From Paraspadella gotoi (taxonomy: Eukaryota; Animalia; Chaetognatha), in NCBI GenBank assembly GCA_051294375.1, contig CM119270.1, positions 20,920,477 through 20,984,476 on the forward strand: a DNA stretch of 64,000 bases. Reading direction: 5' to 3'. A program made the translations under genes and the position numbers. The notes beneath the pieces were generated by a model that saw nothing but the letters and a program-made list of their open reading frames with translations, made no database searches and was not told the origin of the DNA. Within the stretch, counting starts at the first letter, position 1; every line of letters starts with the position of its first letter. Shown piece after piece: positions 1-12,638 of this stretch.

Positions 1-399
1 CTTTTTTGTTGTAAAATTTAATCATCGGACGCGAGACACCTGACGGATTTTTTTTTTATTATAAAAAAAAAGGGAAAAAAATAGGAAATGGATGAGAAAG
101 CGAACGGTCGTTCAAAAAAAGAGGAACCTCTACCGGTGATGTGTTTGATTAAAGGGGGAAAGAGAGATTAACATAAGTCAACTTTACGCTGTTTGTTATT
201 TGATAAAAAGGTTTTTATGTTTTTACGAATAGAATAACGAATTAGATACAGTGAGTCATGTTTGTTTAGTCTCAAATACTGCGAGATATTTTAACTCGAA
301 TTTTTCTGTAAGAAAATTATGATTTATTTTTGAGAGGTAGACATTGTATTTTGACTTTCTTTTTTGCTATTTAGAATAGTTAGAGATGAAACGAAAAAT

Positions 400-509
400 T
401 CGTTGTAATAGCAATTTTATTTTTATTAATGTACATGTTTCGACTCTTAGTTTTTGCGAGTCTTCATCAGCAAGTGAATTCAATAGACCAAAATTTTTAA
501 CATTAGTTT

Positions 510-540
<31 letters not shown>

Positions 541-636
541 TTTCCAACAAAGAATTGAGCAAGGATAGTGGTCAGATGTGAGGACAGGTGAAAGTAGGGA
601 AAGAGAGAGTAAATGATTTTTGAAATTGGTGAAAAG

Positions 637-676
<40 letters not shown>

Positions 677-710
677 AGGGATCAATACATTAGGCAATGT
701 ACAACAGTGA
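400..710 (-). mobile_element. Short interspersed repeat carrying a hammerhead ribozyme core (Penelope pLTR/retrozyme-like), copy 1
   Basis: Shares collinear blocks with 19000-19340: hammerhead core, (AG)n, tttccaacaaag, cagatgtgaggacagg, gtgaaaagaaa, (AG)n, cagggat, atacat..gcaa(t)tgtacaaca. Boundaries approximate. Confidence 0.65.
429..474 (-). ncRNA. Minimal type I hammerhead ribozyme motif
   Basis: Minus strand reads cttg-CTGATGA-A-GACTC-gcaaaaactaa-GAGTC-GAAAC-AT-GT-A-catt: complete catalytic core, perfect 5-bp stem II, palindromic ACATGT stem III and a GUA cleavage triplet, followed by AATAAA. Stem I pairs for only 2 bp. Confidence 0.7.
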
Positions 711-1202
711 AAAATTTTTTAGAAAAACTAAATATTTAACAAAAGTAATAATAAATTAATTGTTAGCTGATGATTGTTAGTAAGAGAAAATGAAATAGAA
801 GAATAAGTGATGAGGGATAGATAAGTTAAAGATAAGTGAAATAGTAATTTATAATGAAAAGTTCAGTCTTTAAATTAATTGTTAATTCCTGTTCATATCA
901 TTTTGTACAATTTCTTTTTATTTTCTGTCAAGAAAATGGAGAACATTTTAATGAGGAAAAAAAAGAAATAAAAAAAAAATAAAAAGGGGAAAAAAAGATA
1001 GAAAAAGAAATGCAGAGAATTCGTAATTATTTTGTTCTTTTATTTTAAGAGGACGCGATGATCGCATCAGCTGTTCACTTGTTTTCTTTTTTCATTTCTT
1101 GACTTCCTATTTTAATTCTTTTTTTTTTTTTTGTTCCTCCGCGTCGCTAGTTTCGTTTCCATAGAAACGTTGAGACGCGACAGATTTATTTAAAACAAAT
1201 TT

Positions 1203-1616
1203 TAAAAACAAGATCGGTGCATCCAATATGTTGCGCCGCAGTGACTTTATGTTCATGTGTAGTGTAATAAAATGAAATGACATCACATGACATGACGTGA
1301 TATGATTGTAAGACTACAGTAACTTTCTGAGCCTGTATATTTTTGACACATACTGCATTGCAAACGTCTTTTATTCTTTATTCTTTATTCTTTATTCTTT
1401 TTATTCTTTAGTTTTAGAATTTCCTAGAGGCGGCGCTAGCAGTTCCTTAGATTTAAAGATTTTTCCTTCTTAACAAATGAACAACCAAGTATAGGCGAAT
1501 TTTGAGCAATTTTTGCATAGGCTGACATACAAAAAGACCGACCGACCAACCGATCAAAAGACCGACCGAAAAGTCACTTATAGAGTTCTCGCGAGTTCTC
1601 GCAGCGCAACTAAAAA
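1203..1616. mobile_element. DINE-1/Helentron-type non-autonomous element (putative)
   Basis: Inverted motifs gttgcgc (1230-1236)/gcgcaac (1604-1610) and agtgacttt (1240-1248)/aaagtcact (1570-1578), an internal (GACC)n tetranucleotide tract, and an end cttatagag...gcgcaactaaaaa. This architecture resembles DINE/HINE elements. Confidence 0.45.
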
Positions 1617-2743
1617 ATTGTTAGTTTACTGTTTAAGTGGAGATTTTAACGAGGTAGTTAGAAGAGGAAGGCTATTATTTTGTTTTGTTATAATAATAAC
1701 TTTTTGAAACAATCCAAAAATAATTCCACTCACGAATTTTATCTAAATGCTGTCTCTCCATTTTATGGAAATCCTTTAATGGTTGCTCGGCGTTTCCAAT
1801 ATTAGTAAATAGGCTGCTTTATTAAAAATTTAATATTATTTCTTAAGTCAATCTATAAGTTTTTATTCATAGAGAAGTATTATTTTATTTTCATTATTAT
1901 TATTCTCATCAACTTACATTTAGAATTTACATTTAAATTTGTATTTTTATAGTATCTATTTATGTAAAGCGCCCTATTCCTCAATGTATTTCCTCAATGC
2001 TGTGCAATAATGCTGTCGTCAATACTGCGCAATAATACTGTCGTCAATACTGCGATTTCCTAGTTGGAAATCCTTTAATGGTCCCCCTTTTCCCTCCAGT
2101 GAAAAGGGAACCAATAAAATGTCATTTTTCTCCATTTTAGGCACATTTTTTTAAAAATTTAAAACAAGAACGCCTATTTATTTTTTTGCCTTTTTTGTAG
2201 GGACCTAATTTCATTTTTAGTTTCACACAACAGATCCTTGAAAAGAAAAAAAATGGATGAAAAAAAGGAAAGAAAAAGCTGTGATTATAGAAAAAAAAGA
2301 AAAGAAAAAAAGGAATAAAATTGTGAAAAAATAGCTAAAGCATTTTGCGTGACGTAAATTCGCGTTTCCCTTTTTTTTCTTTTTTCAATGAGATCATTTT
2401 TATTCTTGGTTGTTATTATTTTTCTTATCTGGTTTTTTTGTCTGATAAAAGTTGAGAGAATTTTTTTCTTGACATTTGAAAATGACATCAACTTTGTCTT
2501 GTTTAGCGTCAAACGATGAATTAAATTAGTAAGACATTTACTATTAGTTTACTTTTCTCTCTTTTAAGCTTTTTAGTTTTTCTGTTTATTAGTACAAGGC
2601 ATATATATTAGGAATATATATAATATATATTAAGAATATTATTATAGTATCGAGTAAAAGATAAAAAAAGCGATCTCATTGAAGGCGCTGACCCATTCAC
2701 TTCTTTTTCCATTTTCCTTTTTCTTCTTTTTTCTTTTTTTTTT

Positions 2744-2783
<40 letters not shown>

Positions 2784-3399
2784 TTTTTTTTTTTTTTTTT
2801 TTTTTATATTATTCTTTTATTTCCTTTTCACATCCACAAAATATCGGAAGCAATAAATAAAACTTAATGGAAAGAAAAATAAATTTTGCCAGAAAATGGA
2901 ATCGGGAGGGGCGAGGGGAGAGGGGAGAGGGGGAGGGGGCGAGGGGAGGGGGGGAGGGAAAAGGGAGAGGGGCGAGGGGAGAGGGGCGAGGGGAGAGGGG
3001 CGAGAGGGGGAGGGGGGCGAGAGAAAGAAAATAAAAAAAAGAATAAAGGAAAAATACGTTGGATCGTGGGAAGTTTAGGATCGAGAAAAATAGCGATATT
3101 TTTTTTTTAAAATAAATTATGAAGAGTGAAACTCAAATGAGAAACACGTGAACAAAAATATCATCTTCATCGTTTATGTTTATTTATCAAATCTCCATGG
3201 AGAATCTTAGATATAAAATTCCATACTTTTTTCATTTCTTATTTTTTCAATTTTTTTGCCAAGTTAAACACTTTTATATCTTTTCTTTTTTTTCTTTCTT
3301 TTTTTTCACAGTTTTCATTTTTTTCTGTTTTTTTCCCAATTTTTTTTTTCTTTTTTTTTCTTTTTTCCCTTTTTTTCTGTTTTTTTTAAAAGAGAGAGA

Positions 3400-4118
3400 T
3401 GGCGGAGGTTTCTGCCACGCGAACCAAAAAAAAGGAAAAACTAGTCGATAAAGAGATTTTTCTTTAAATTCATTTGTGATAACAAATTGTAAAGTCAGGG
3501 CAAAAGATTCTTAATAGATTCAATCTTAATTAACAATTTTAACGAGACAGTTAGAAAACAAACTTGGTGAATCGCCGATTCTCGAAGCGCCAGAGATTAA
3601 AAAACCACTGAGTCAGACGAAATTTAGTCTGCTCTCTCTCTCTCTTCTCCTCTCATCTCTCTCTCTCTCATCTCTCTCTCTCTCTCCTCTATCTCTCTCT
3701 CTCTCTTGCTCTTCTCCCCGCATCACGTTGTCCGGTGGTCAACTCTAACTTCACGCGAAAATGACAGGGAAAAAACGGGACTCAAAGGGGAAGAAAAAAG
3801 GAAAGGTAATTTGGGGAAAAAAGAAAAAAAAAGAACAAAAGAAAAGAAAAGNNNNNNNNNNNNNNNNNNNNNNNNNAGAGAGAGAGAGAGAGAGAGAGAG
3901 ACTAAATTTCGCTGACTCAGTGGTTTTAATCTCGCGCATTCGAGAATCGGCGATTCACCAAGTTTGTTCTAAACGTCTCGTTAAAATTGTTATATAAGAT
4001 TGAATCTTATTAAGAATCTTTTGCCTGACTTTACAATTTGTTATCACAAATTGAATTTAAAAAAAAAATCTCTTCGACTAGTTTTTCCTTTTTTTTGGTC
4101 GCGTGGAAAACCTCCCCC
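3400..4118. repeat. ~240-bp inverted duplication around an N gap
   Basis: 3400-3640 is an indel-rich reverse complement of 3880-4118 (e.g. aacttggtgaatcgccgattctcg / cgagaatcggcgattcaccaagtt). The gap at 3852-3876 lies between the arms. Confidence 0.8.
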
Positions 4119-4510
4119 CTTTGTGGAATAACGCCCTCCTCACCTTTTGTGGAATATTCTAGCCCCTTTGTGGAATAACGCCCCCTCTTTGTAGAATAAC
4201 GCCCCCTTTTGTGGAATAAGCCCCCCTCACCTTTTGTGGAATTATCTCGCCCCTTTGTGTTCTCTTCACTTCCGATACACCTGTCGTTGTTGTTGTAGTC
4301 GTTGTAGTCGTTGTCATTGTCGTCGTTGTAATCGTTGTCGTCGTTGTTGTCGTCGTCGTTTTCATCGTCTTCGTTGTAGTCGTCGTCATTGTAGTCGTCG
4401 TCGTTGTCGTCGTCGTCGTCGTTGTCATCGTCTTCGTTGTAGTCGTCGTCGTTGTAGTCGTCGTCGTTGTCATCGTCTTTGTTGTAGTCGTCGTCGTTGT
4501 CGTCGTCGGC
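4113..4510. repeat. ~20-24-bp minisatellite (ccccttttgtggaataacg) followed by a compound (GTC/GTT/GTA)n microsatellite
   Basis: About six units of cccc-tttgtggaataacg at 4113-4260, then trinucleotide repeats to ~4510. Confidence 0.85.
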
Positions 4511-4578
4511 ATCGGAAAAGTTAGAAACTTTCCTTTTCCTCATTTTCCTTTTTTTCGTGTTTTGTGTGATGTTGGGGT

Positions 4579-4643
<65 letters not shown>

Positions 4644-5529
4644 AGATGGGGGAGAGGGGGAGGGAGGGCCAAGGAGAATAAGGGGGGAAGGGGGGAGGGA
4701 GGCAGAGGGGGAGGGGAATTCCATTCGGAAAGAACAGACGGAAGAAGAAGCTAAAGAACAAAGTGGAAACGTAAATAGAGAAAAAAAAGTCGGGAAGTAC
4801 AAATAGAGAAAAGGAAAAAGAAGTTGAAAGAAAAAAGGAGGAAGAAGAAAGAAGAAAAAAAAGAAAAGTATTGCAAGTTGAAATAATTAAATAGTTGAAA
4901 TAGGAATTCAGTTTCAAAATTTAAAATAATAAACGAAAAAACGATGATGACATAAGGAGATGAGATTTAAATTTAAAAAAAAAAACAGTTGAACAAACAA
5001 AAACCGAAAAAAAAACAATGGAAAAGAAAGAGAGAGAGATAAAAAACTGTAAGGTTATACAGGGTGAATGGAATCAAAAGTGAATTCTCAAAAGGATAAA
5101 AGAGGAAATATCGAGGTGAAAGAGGAAATTGGGAAAGAAAACAAATTAGAGAAAATCATGTGAGAAAAAATAATAGGAAAAAAGAAATTATGAAAAAAAT
5201 AAAAATAAAAAAAAGAAGGGAAAAAAAAGAAAAGAAAGGAAAAGAAAAGAAAAGAAGAGAAAAGAGAATAAAGAATAAAGAAAATATAATCTAAGTCAGA
5301 AAAAAAAGACAAAACTTTTTCGAAACATCCCTGAAAAATAGAATCGCCTTGAAAAGAAAAAGAAAGCAAAAAAAAAGCAAAAAAGGGAGTTTTGCTTTAA
5401 TAAAGACGATTTAAACTGAAAAGATGAGGAAATAAATGATTCATGTTGCGGCTGAACGAAAAAAAAAAGAAAAAAAAAGAAACAACGAAAACAGAGAAAA
5501 ACGAGAAATTTGACTTTGAAAACATTCAA

Positions 5530-6050
5530 CTTCTGTTTGTCTCTTTTGTCCTTGTTTCTCCTTGTCTTTTTCTCTCCCTTGTCCTTATTTCTCCTTGTCT
5601 TTTTGTCTTCTTTGTCCTTGTTTTTCGTCTTTTTGTCTCCTTTGTCCTTGTTTCTTATTGTCTTTCCAATTTTCCCTTTTTTAAGAGATAATTTTGTTTG
5701 TCTCTGATTTGTTTTCTCTTTGTCGTGATTACGATTTTTTTCATTTTTTTCCCTCAAATTTCGTTCTTGTTCTCTTAATTTTTCTTAATTCTTAATTCTT
5801 CTTAATTTCTCTCTTTTCTTTTTTTTTCTTTTCCTCTCCTCTCCTTTCTTTTCTTTTCTTTTCTTTTCTTTTCTTTTCTTTTCTTTTCTTTTCTTTTCTT
5901 TTCTTTTCTTTTCTTTTCTTTTCTTTTCTTTTTTCTTTTCTTTTCTCTATTTTCTTTTCTTTTTTTTTCTTTTTTTTTCTTTTCTTTCCTTTTTTCTTTT
6001 TCTTTTCTCTCTTTTCTTTTCTTTTCTTTTCTATTTTTTTCTTTTCTTTT
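5530..6050. repeat. Pyrimidine-rich tandem repeats (tttgtccttg units; (CTTTT)n)
   Basis: Repeated ctttgtccttgttt units at 5530-5660 and a (CTTTT)n array at ~5810-6050. Confidence 0.8.
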
Positions 6051-6477
6051 CATTTTTACTTTTTTTTCTCTTTTCTATTTTTAATTTAATACTCGACTTT
6101 ACCCCCATTTGATTTACAATTTTACAATTTTAGACGAGATGAAATGATCCACTCATTCTACAAATAAGTTATTTTGCCCCTGAATTTAGACTCGCTACGG
6201 TTGTTAAAGGTCTTGCAAGCTTTCATTCAAGACTCTTTTACACTTTAGAATGTGAACACTCAGAGCACATGTATTCCTTATCCGTGGAAGTGGTGCAATA
6301 TTTCTATTTTTAAATTACAAATAAACATATGCATGAGTAAGAAATTAATATTACAAGTTAAAAACGATAAAGAAACATCAGCAGTTAATGGCAGCTCGAG
6401 ACGAAAAGACAAAAGCTGCTTCCCCCGCCTCTCTCTTTGTCTCTCTCTCTCTGTCTTCTCTGTCTCTCTCTCCTCCT

Positions 6478-6548
<71 letters not shown>

Positions 6549-6646
6549 TTTCTCTTTCTCTCTGAGGACTCACAGATAAAAGAAATTTGGGCGTAGAACG
6601 TCGAGAAAAAACTCGTGAATAAAAAAGGACGAACGCGTCTTTGTGA

Positions 6647-6728
<82 letters not shown>

Positions 6729-6834
6729 CGAGCGAGCATATAGAGTGCAGAAGGAAAGTAGTGGGACGGGTAAAGATAAAGACTTTTCAAGTTGAAAGAG
6801 AAGAGAGCAAATGAAATTGAATATAAATGGACGA

Positions 6835-6906
<72 letters not shown>

Positions 6907-7153
6907 GAGAGAGAGAGAGAGGAGAGCTTGTGGGGCAAAGAAAAATGAGCAAAAAGGGAGTAAAAATAAAAGAGCTGCGGATGACACGTGATCATTTCCT
7001 AGAATTCAGTTTTTTATTCTTTGTATTTAAATAATTTATGTTTATAAATTATGATTAAATTTAACTACAAATTATTTTAAAAATTTCAATAAAACAAAAA
7101 AAACATAAAAAACATTTGAGAATACAGATTTAGGAGAAACATGAATTTCTCTC

Positions 7154-7223
<70 letters not shown>

Positions 7224-7440
7224 GTCATTTATATCGTAAGATTTCGAACGACATGTCTCACAAAATCCTTCAAAATTCACATTTCACTTTCCGTGACTTT
7301 CACGTCTTTGACCTGATCGTCATCGTCGTTGTGAAAAAAAAAATATTTTAAAAAAATTAAGAAAATATTGGAAGAGCTACGACTCAAGCACACGCACTCG
7401 AGTCCAGAGACGGATGCACTTGCGCTCATCCATGAGGGCA

Positions 7441-7689
7441 CTATTTTCTGAGAGCGCCCTTATTTGATTCCTAATCCCTAAACTTAATTCCAACTTAAAT
7501 ATCTTCCTCTAATCATTTTCCAAAAGTGTATTGAATCCCTAACCCTTATTCCAAACCCTAATTCTAACCAAATCGCTACCCTCATCCCTAAACCTAATCT
7601 CTATCCCTAATCCTAAACATAATTATTAAACCTAAAAACAAACCTAATTCCGAATTCGAGTTGAAATGCGGCGCTTTCGGAAAAAAGAG
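7441..7689. mobile_element. MITE-like element with imperfect TIRs and internal degenerate (CCCTAA)-like hexamers
   Basis: Left end ctattttctgagagcgccc; right end read as reverse complement ctcttttttccgaaagcgccg. The interior is built from cctaat/ccctaa/cctaaa hexamers. Related hexamer tracts occur at ~8720-8900 and ~15440-15630. Confidence 0.5.
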
Positions 7690-8338
7690 GGCCAAGATTA
7701 GAATCCTTTTCTGAAAGACACTTGGGTGATAAAGGAGAAGCGAATGGGGAGGAAAGGTCTTTCGAGAGGACAACTCGGGAGGGAAAAAAAAGGAAATAAA
7801 AAAGGAAAGAAAAAAGGAAATAAAAAAAGGAAAGAAAAAGGAAAATGGCACTTAGTCTCAGTTTGTAAAAATAGTCACGCGATAAAAAAAGGAAAAAATC
7901 TTTCCAAGTTTTTTTCAAAAGATTTCTTTTTCAAAAGTCAGTTCTCGTGACACGGATTTTTTTCTCTCGTTAGGAATATTTGTCGCCCTTGCGAATTATG
8001 CGTCACTTCGTCAGTATCTCTCGTTTGTATTTCTCTTTGTCTGTCTGTTTCTCTGTCTGTCTATGTATCTTTCGCATATTTCAGGCCGCTGTCCCACCCG
8101 CAGCATCGATCGTTATGATTCGGTAGAGCCTCGTTTCAAGTGTCCCCCCCTCGCCGAACAGTAGTCGTCTCCCGACTTACCCAATTCTCGCCCTTACCTT
8201 CTTTATTCTGTCACCCATTTCCGTTTCCTTACCTTTCATCCTTCACTTACCCTCCCCCTTTTTCCCTTACCCCCTTCCCCTTTATTATTACATTTCCCAC
8301 TTATCTCACCCTTCCATTTTCTCTTTACGTTTTTCCAG

Positions 8339-10318
8339 TTGAACTTCGTTCACGAGGTTCGTCAACATCCGGCGAAGACTCACGTCGCTCGCGGACAAAT
8401 GAACGTGATGAGCGTGAGAGAAGAAGACGTGAGGGAAATCAATTTGGGCGGAGTGAAGAAACCGGAGACTGGATCCAGTGAGTTGTGATAAAGGGGGGGG
8501 AAGGATGTGGTGATTGAGGATTTTATGAGTGATTGGTGATTGATTAATTATTATTGGTGATTGATTCTTGGAAATCGAGGTTTTTAATTTTGAATCACGA
8601 CCGGTTGTTCCCGCTGTTTCAAAATTATTCATTTTGAGATCGGCCCTTCTCACTTATTTAGTACTATATGAATATTTAATTTTAAGGGTTTGGAATATGG
8701 CTAATATTTATTATTAATAAGTAAGGATTTAGTCAGATATTTGGTTAAGGTTTAGAGATAAGGTTAGGGATAAAGTTTTAGAATTTGGAAAAAAAAAACG
8801 ATAAATAATTAGGGTTAAAATAAAATATAAATTTGGATTAAATATAAGTCAAGGAATTATGATATAGTAACCGAAACAGGGCGCTTTTGAAACAAAGAGC
8901 CGGCTGAAGCGTCGGTATATTTCTGTCTCCCCTCATCATTGAAACGCTTCAACTTACCCGCCCTTACCTCACCCTTCCCTCACCCCATTTCAAAGAAGCG
9001 ACGGCCTCCGTCCTGACTCTCGTCGGAGTAGCCTTCGCCGTCATCGTCTTTATCTTCGTCGTCATTCGTCTTCGATCGTCGCGAGGCGGCGCCACCGGAA
9101 ACGACGCCGTCGATCGCGGCGTCATCGGCGGCGACGATTATCATTGGGTCGACGAGTTGAACATCATCGTCAATCCCTTGGAGGAGCAAGTGAGGAGTGA
9201 GGGGGTTCGCTGGAGCGGGAGAGAGAGAGAGAGTTGGCTGGAGTTAAGGGGTGGAGATGTGCTGTAGTTAAGGTTAGGACGTGCTGTAGTAATGACTAGG
9301 GGGATTAACTCGGGCTTTGTCGGGATGGAGAAGGAGGGGGTTTTGCTGGAGAAAGAAGGTAGGGCAGCGAGAAGGAGCTTTGCTTGAGTGGGTCTTTAGT
9401 TGATGCGGTTTTCTGGAGTGAGATTGATGTTGAAGGTAGATCAGGTTTTAAGTATTTGGATTTGAAGAAAATAAAAGGTTATTTTTATTGTATCGAGTTA
9501 CTGTATTTTTTTTTCTTTTTAAGTTGGGGCGCACTTGAAATAATTTTGGAAGGAACTTTGAGGTTAATCTATTCAATTAGTACTAGCTTTTCAATATATC
9601 CCTTTATTAATTCTTAATTTTTAATTCTTAATTCTCAATTCGACTCATCATCTAATCCTCTATAATCAATAATCTGATCTCAGGGCAAAAGCGGTTCCCT
9701 CGACGACGAAGACCAAGAGTCTCCTTTGAGAGAAGACCTCAGCGAAGACTTTTCAGACTCGGACAGAGAACTTGACTTGGAACAAGGAGAGGGCGAGGTA
9801 AGTTCCAAGAGGACAAATCCTTAATTGGTTGAAAGAAGGAAGAAAGTGATTCGAGAAGCTGTAAAGCTGGAAAGTCATCAAGTTTAATTGGGGTGAGACA
9901 AAAGATGAAAGTCAGAATCTGTGCTGAATATTATTTATAAAATGTTTAGAAACTTCAATTTTATTTTATTCTTTATTTTGTTTTCATTTTATTTCTCTTC
10001 TTCTATAGTTTTTTTTTTTGCTTTGTTTTAGTATTTTAAAATATGTAATTTAATTGATTAAATATTTTGAATAACAGACGGACAGACCGAAAAAAAGGGT
10101 TTATTGAGTCGCCACCCCTTCCTTTTTTCCACCACCCCCCCCTTCCCCCTTCCTCACCCCCCTTCCCCCCATCCCCCAACCACCAACCCCCTCTTCTCCT
10201 CAAAGGATTTCTCACGACGAAGACGACGACGTCCCTGGCGTCGCCGTCACTTCCGGTTCGAAACGTCAAAGAACTTCGAAGTTGTCGCGGACTCGAGTGG
10301 GACGACTCCACCATCTAA
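8339..10318 (+). CDS. CLSTN1: Calsyntenin (alcadein) C-terminal exons; gene partial, upstream exons not identified in the window
   Basis: Phase-consistent GT-AG exons: 8339-8477 (LNFVHEVRQHPAK...KPETGS), 8996-9189 (TM ATASVLTLVGVAFAVIVFIFVVIRLR ... DDYHWVDELNIIVNPLEEQ), 9684-9797 (acidic GKSGSLDDEDQE...GEGE) and 10223-10318 (...RGLEWDDSTI*; acceptor uncertain, 10206 is the alternative). The order TM, W-acidic/IxVNP, acidic stretch, LEWDDST is the calsyntenin cytoplasmic-tail signature. The symbol indicates the family, not paralog orthology. Confidence 0.9.
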
Positions 10319-10550
10319 TGGAGCTCTTTGGTGGAGCAGGGGATGTCCGCTACAGCTATCGGTGGAACGACTTTCTCTCTCTGGATGATGGAGAGACTAT
10401 TTCGCGTCTTGATGGAGTTTAAACTACAGCATCCGACGATTTGAAGCTAATTCCAACGTCAAAACGACGACAACAACAACAACAACAACAAAAATGGCAA
10501 TCATCGTTTTTTTTTTAATCGCTTTTTTTTAATTTTTATTATCTCTGTCA

Positions 10551-10593
<43 letters not shown>

Positions 10594-12638
10594 CCTCCCT
10601 CCCTCTGCGACACGGCCCAACTTTTTTCCTGTTCCCACCCTTAACTTACCAATCCGCGGTTCTACTTTCCCTTCGCTGTCTACTTTCCACTTTCAAACTC
10701 GCGGTCTACTTTCCATCCTCAGTTTCTTTCTCTCTTTCTTTTCCACTCGGGGCTCAACTTTCCATCGCAACAATCTTTTCTTTCCGCACCGATGGGCTTT
10801 TCTTTCAACTCCCGAGGCTTTAGTTTCTCTTTCGTCGATGTCGACTAAGGCTCATCTTTCCAACTTTCATCGTCGTCGTCGTCGTCGTCGCTTCTTCTTT
10901 TTGATTGGATGCCGAAGATTTAGACGCGATCGTTGATTGGTCGATAGTGTGTGATTGATTGCGCGGTGATAGTCAACTGTGCAGTCAACCAATCTGTCAA
11001 CCAAGCTGTCAGCAAAGTCAACGATTGCATCCTTATCTTCTCTCTGATCCACTTCTTAATTTTCTTTGTTTTCTTATCCTCGTTTTCACTTCACTTTTGA
11101 TTTTTCAATGTTATTTTTTTTGTTCTCATTTCTTAGAATTGAACCGCTGCCGTCTCTCCGGGTGCTGACCAATGAAATGTATTTATATAGAAACAAGGAA
11201 AACAATCCCAATTTGCTTGGTTGGCCGCTTGAAAAAAAAAGAATCAAAAAATGACATCCATTAATTAATCCCGTCAATTAATCATTAGAATCAATTTAGC
11301 TTTTTACCCTATTTTATAAGAAAGAGATTGATCATTCTTGTACACACAGCATTTTTTGATGAAGGTTTCCTTTCAATTCAAAATTATTAGAATCATTCAA
11401 TTTGGAGAAAAATATCATAGAACTAAATATTTTTTAGTTTGTTAGAATTTTTTTTTTTATTGTTTGATATATTTAAAACATTCCAACTAAAATATGGAGA
11501 AAGTTTGTTTTTTTTAAATATCTCAGTACTCGCTGTAACAACAAAAAAAATGCCCAAAAAAGTATTTAATTTTTTTTTTTATATAAAGTGGAGATGTTTT
11601 TGTCCAACATTAGTGGTTAGTCATTACCTAATATTTTTAATTTGATTTTCCGTGTAAAGTGATCCAGTCACACATCGTGTTATATGCAACAATAAAGTTG
11701 TGAATGACTATTAGTTAAAAATAGTCAGCGGTGAACGATTCACTATTGAGCCGACGCTGAATGATATGAAAATTTGTACCATAAATTTCATTTGAAGTCA
11801 CCCTTACGTCGAAATAAAAAAGAAAATCGCACATAATTCGGATTTTTTGTTTGTTAAAAAAAAACAGGCCCGAATTTTAAAATTGTCGTTTTTCCTTCAT
11901 TTTTCATTGTTTCTTATGTATGGCTAAAATGGGTCATTTTTATTTTTAGATTCGAATTTGAAATTTTCATTCTGATTTGCTTAAAATCTCAAATTGATTT
12001 TAAACCAAGATTTTCAATTCAAACAAGCTTTCCACAATCATAAATTTCGAAAATTGTCAAATGAATTCCCGTTTATCTCTTGTTAGTGGGATTTTAAAAC
12101 TAAAGAACATTTTAAATTGTTTGTGCGCACCTTCTTAATATAATCCGATTCATCATTACATGGTGTTTTCTTTAGCTAATGTCCTATTTAATTAGCTCCT
12201 TTCGGATTAAGTTGTCAAAGATGAAAAGAAGTGAGAACCCTCTCCTTTTGTTAGGTAATTGAAATGATATTTAGAATATAAATGAAAAAGCGACCGTTGA
12301 ATATTTAATTATTGGTAAAATTGTTTAACTTTCGAAAATTAAATCAAAGATTGCCAGAATATTTTAAACTTATTTTTAATAAGTAAAAGAGGGCAAAGAC
12401 AAAGTAGCATCGAATCCCTGGATTCAAATTCGATCGCAGCGACACGGCGAGTCTTTTTTCTTCACTAACGAAAGAGCATTAAATCGCCGGCTTACCGATG
12501 TCAATCGATTTAGTCAAGTCGCCGCCGACAACGACGACGCCGACGACGACGCCGAGGCCCTCTCTCGGTCGAGAAAGATGAGCCGAGAAGGGGACGTCTC
12601 ATCCACTATAACGACAACAACAACGACGACATTTTCCG

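Noticed and set aside
4031-4672. 213-aa Asp/Asn-rich ORF
   Set aside because: It is made of (CT)n, trinucleotide and minisatellite repeats.
8085-8160. Possible additional calsyntenin exon after tttcag
   Set aside because: The acceptor looks good, but no frame resembles the expected upstream calsyntenin sequence and the donor is ambiguous.
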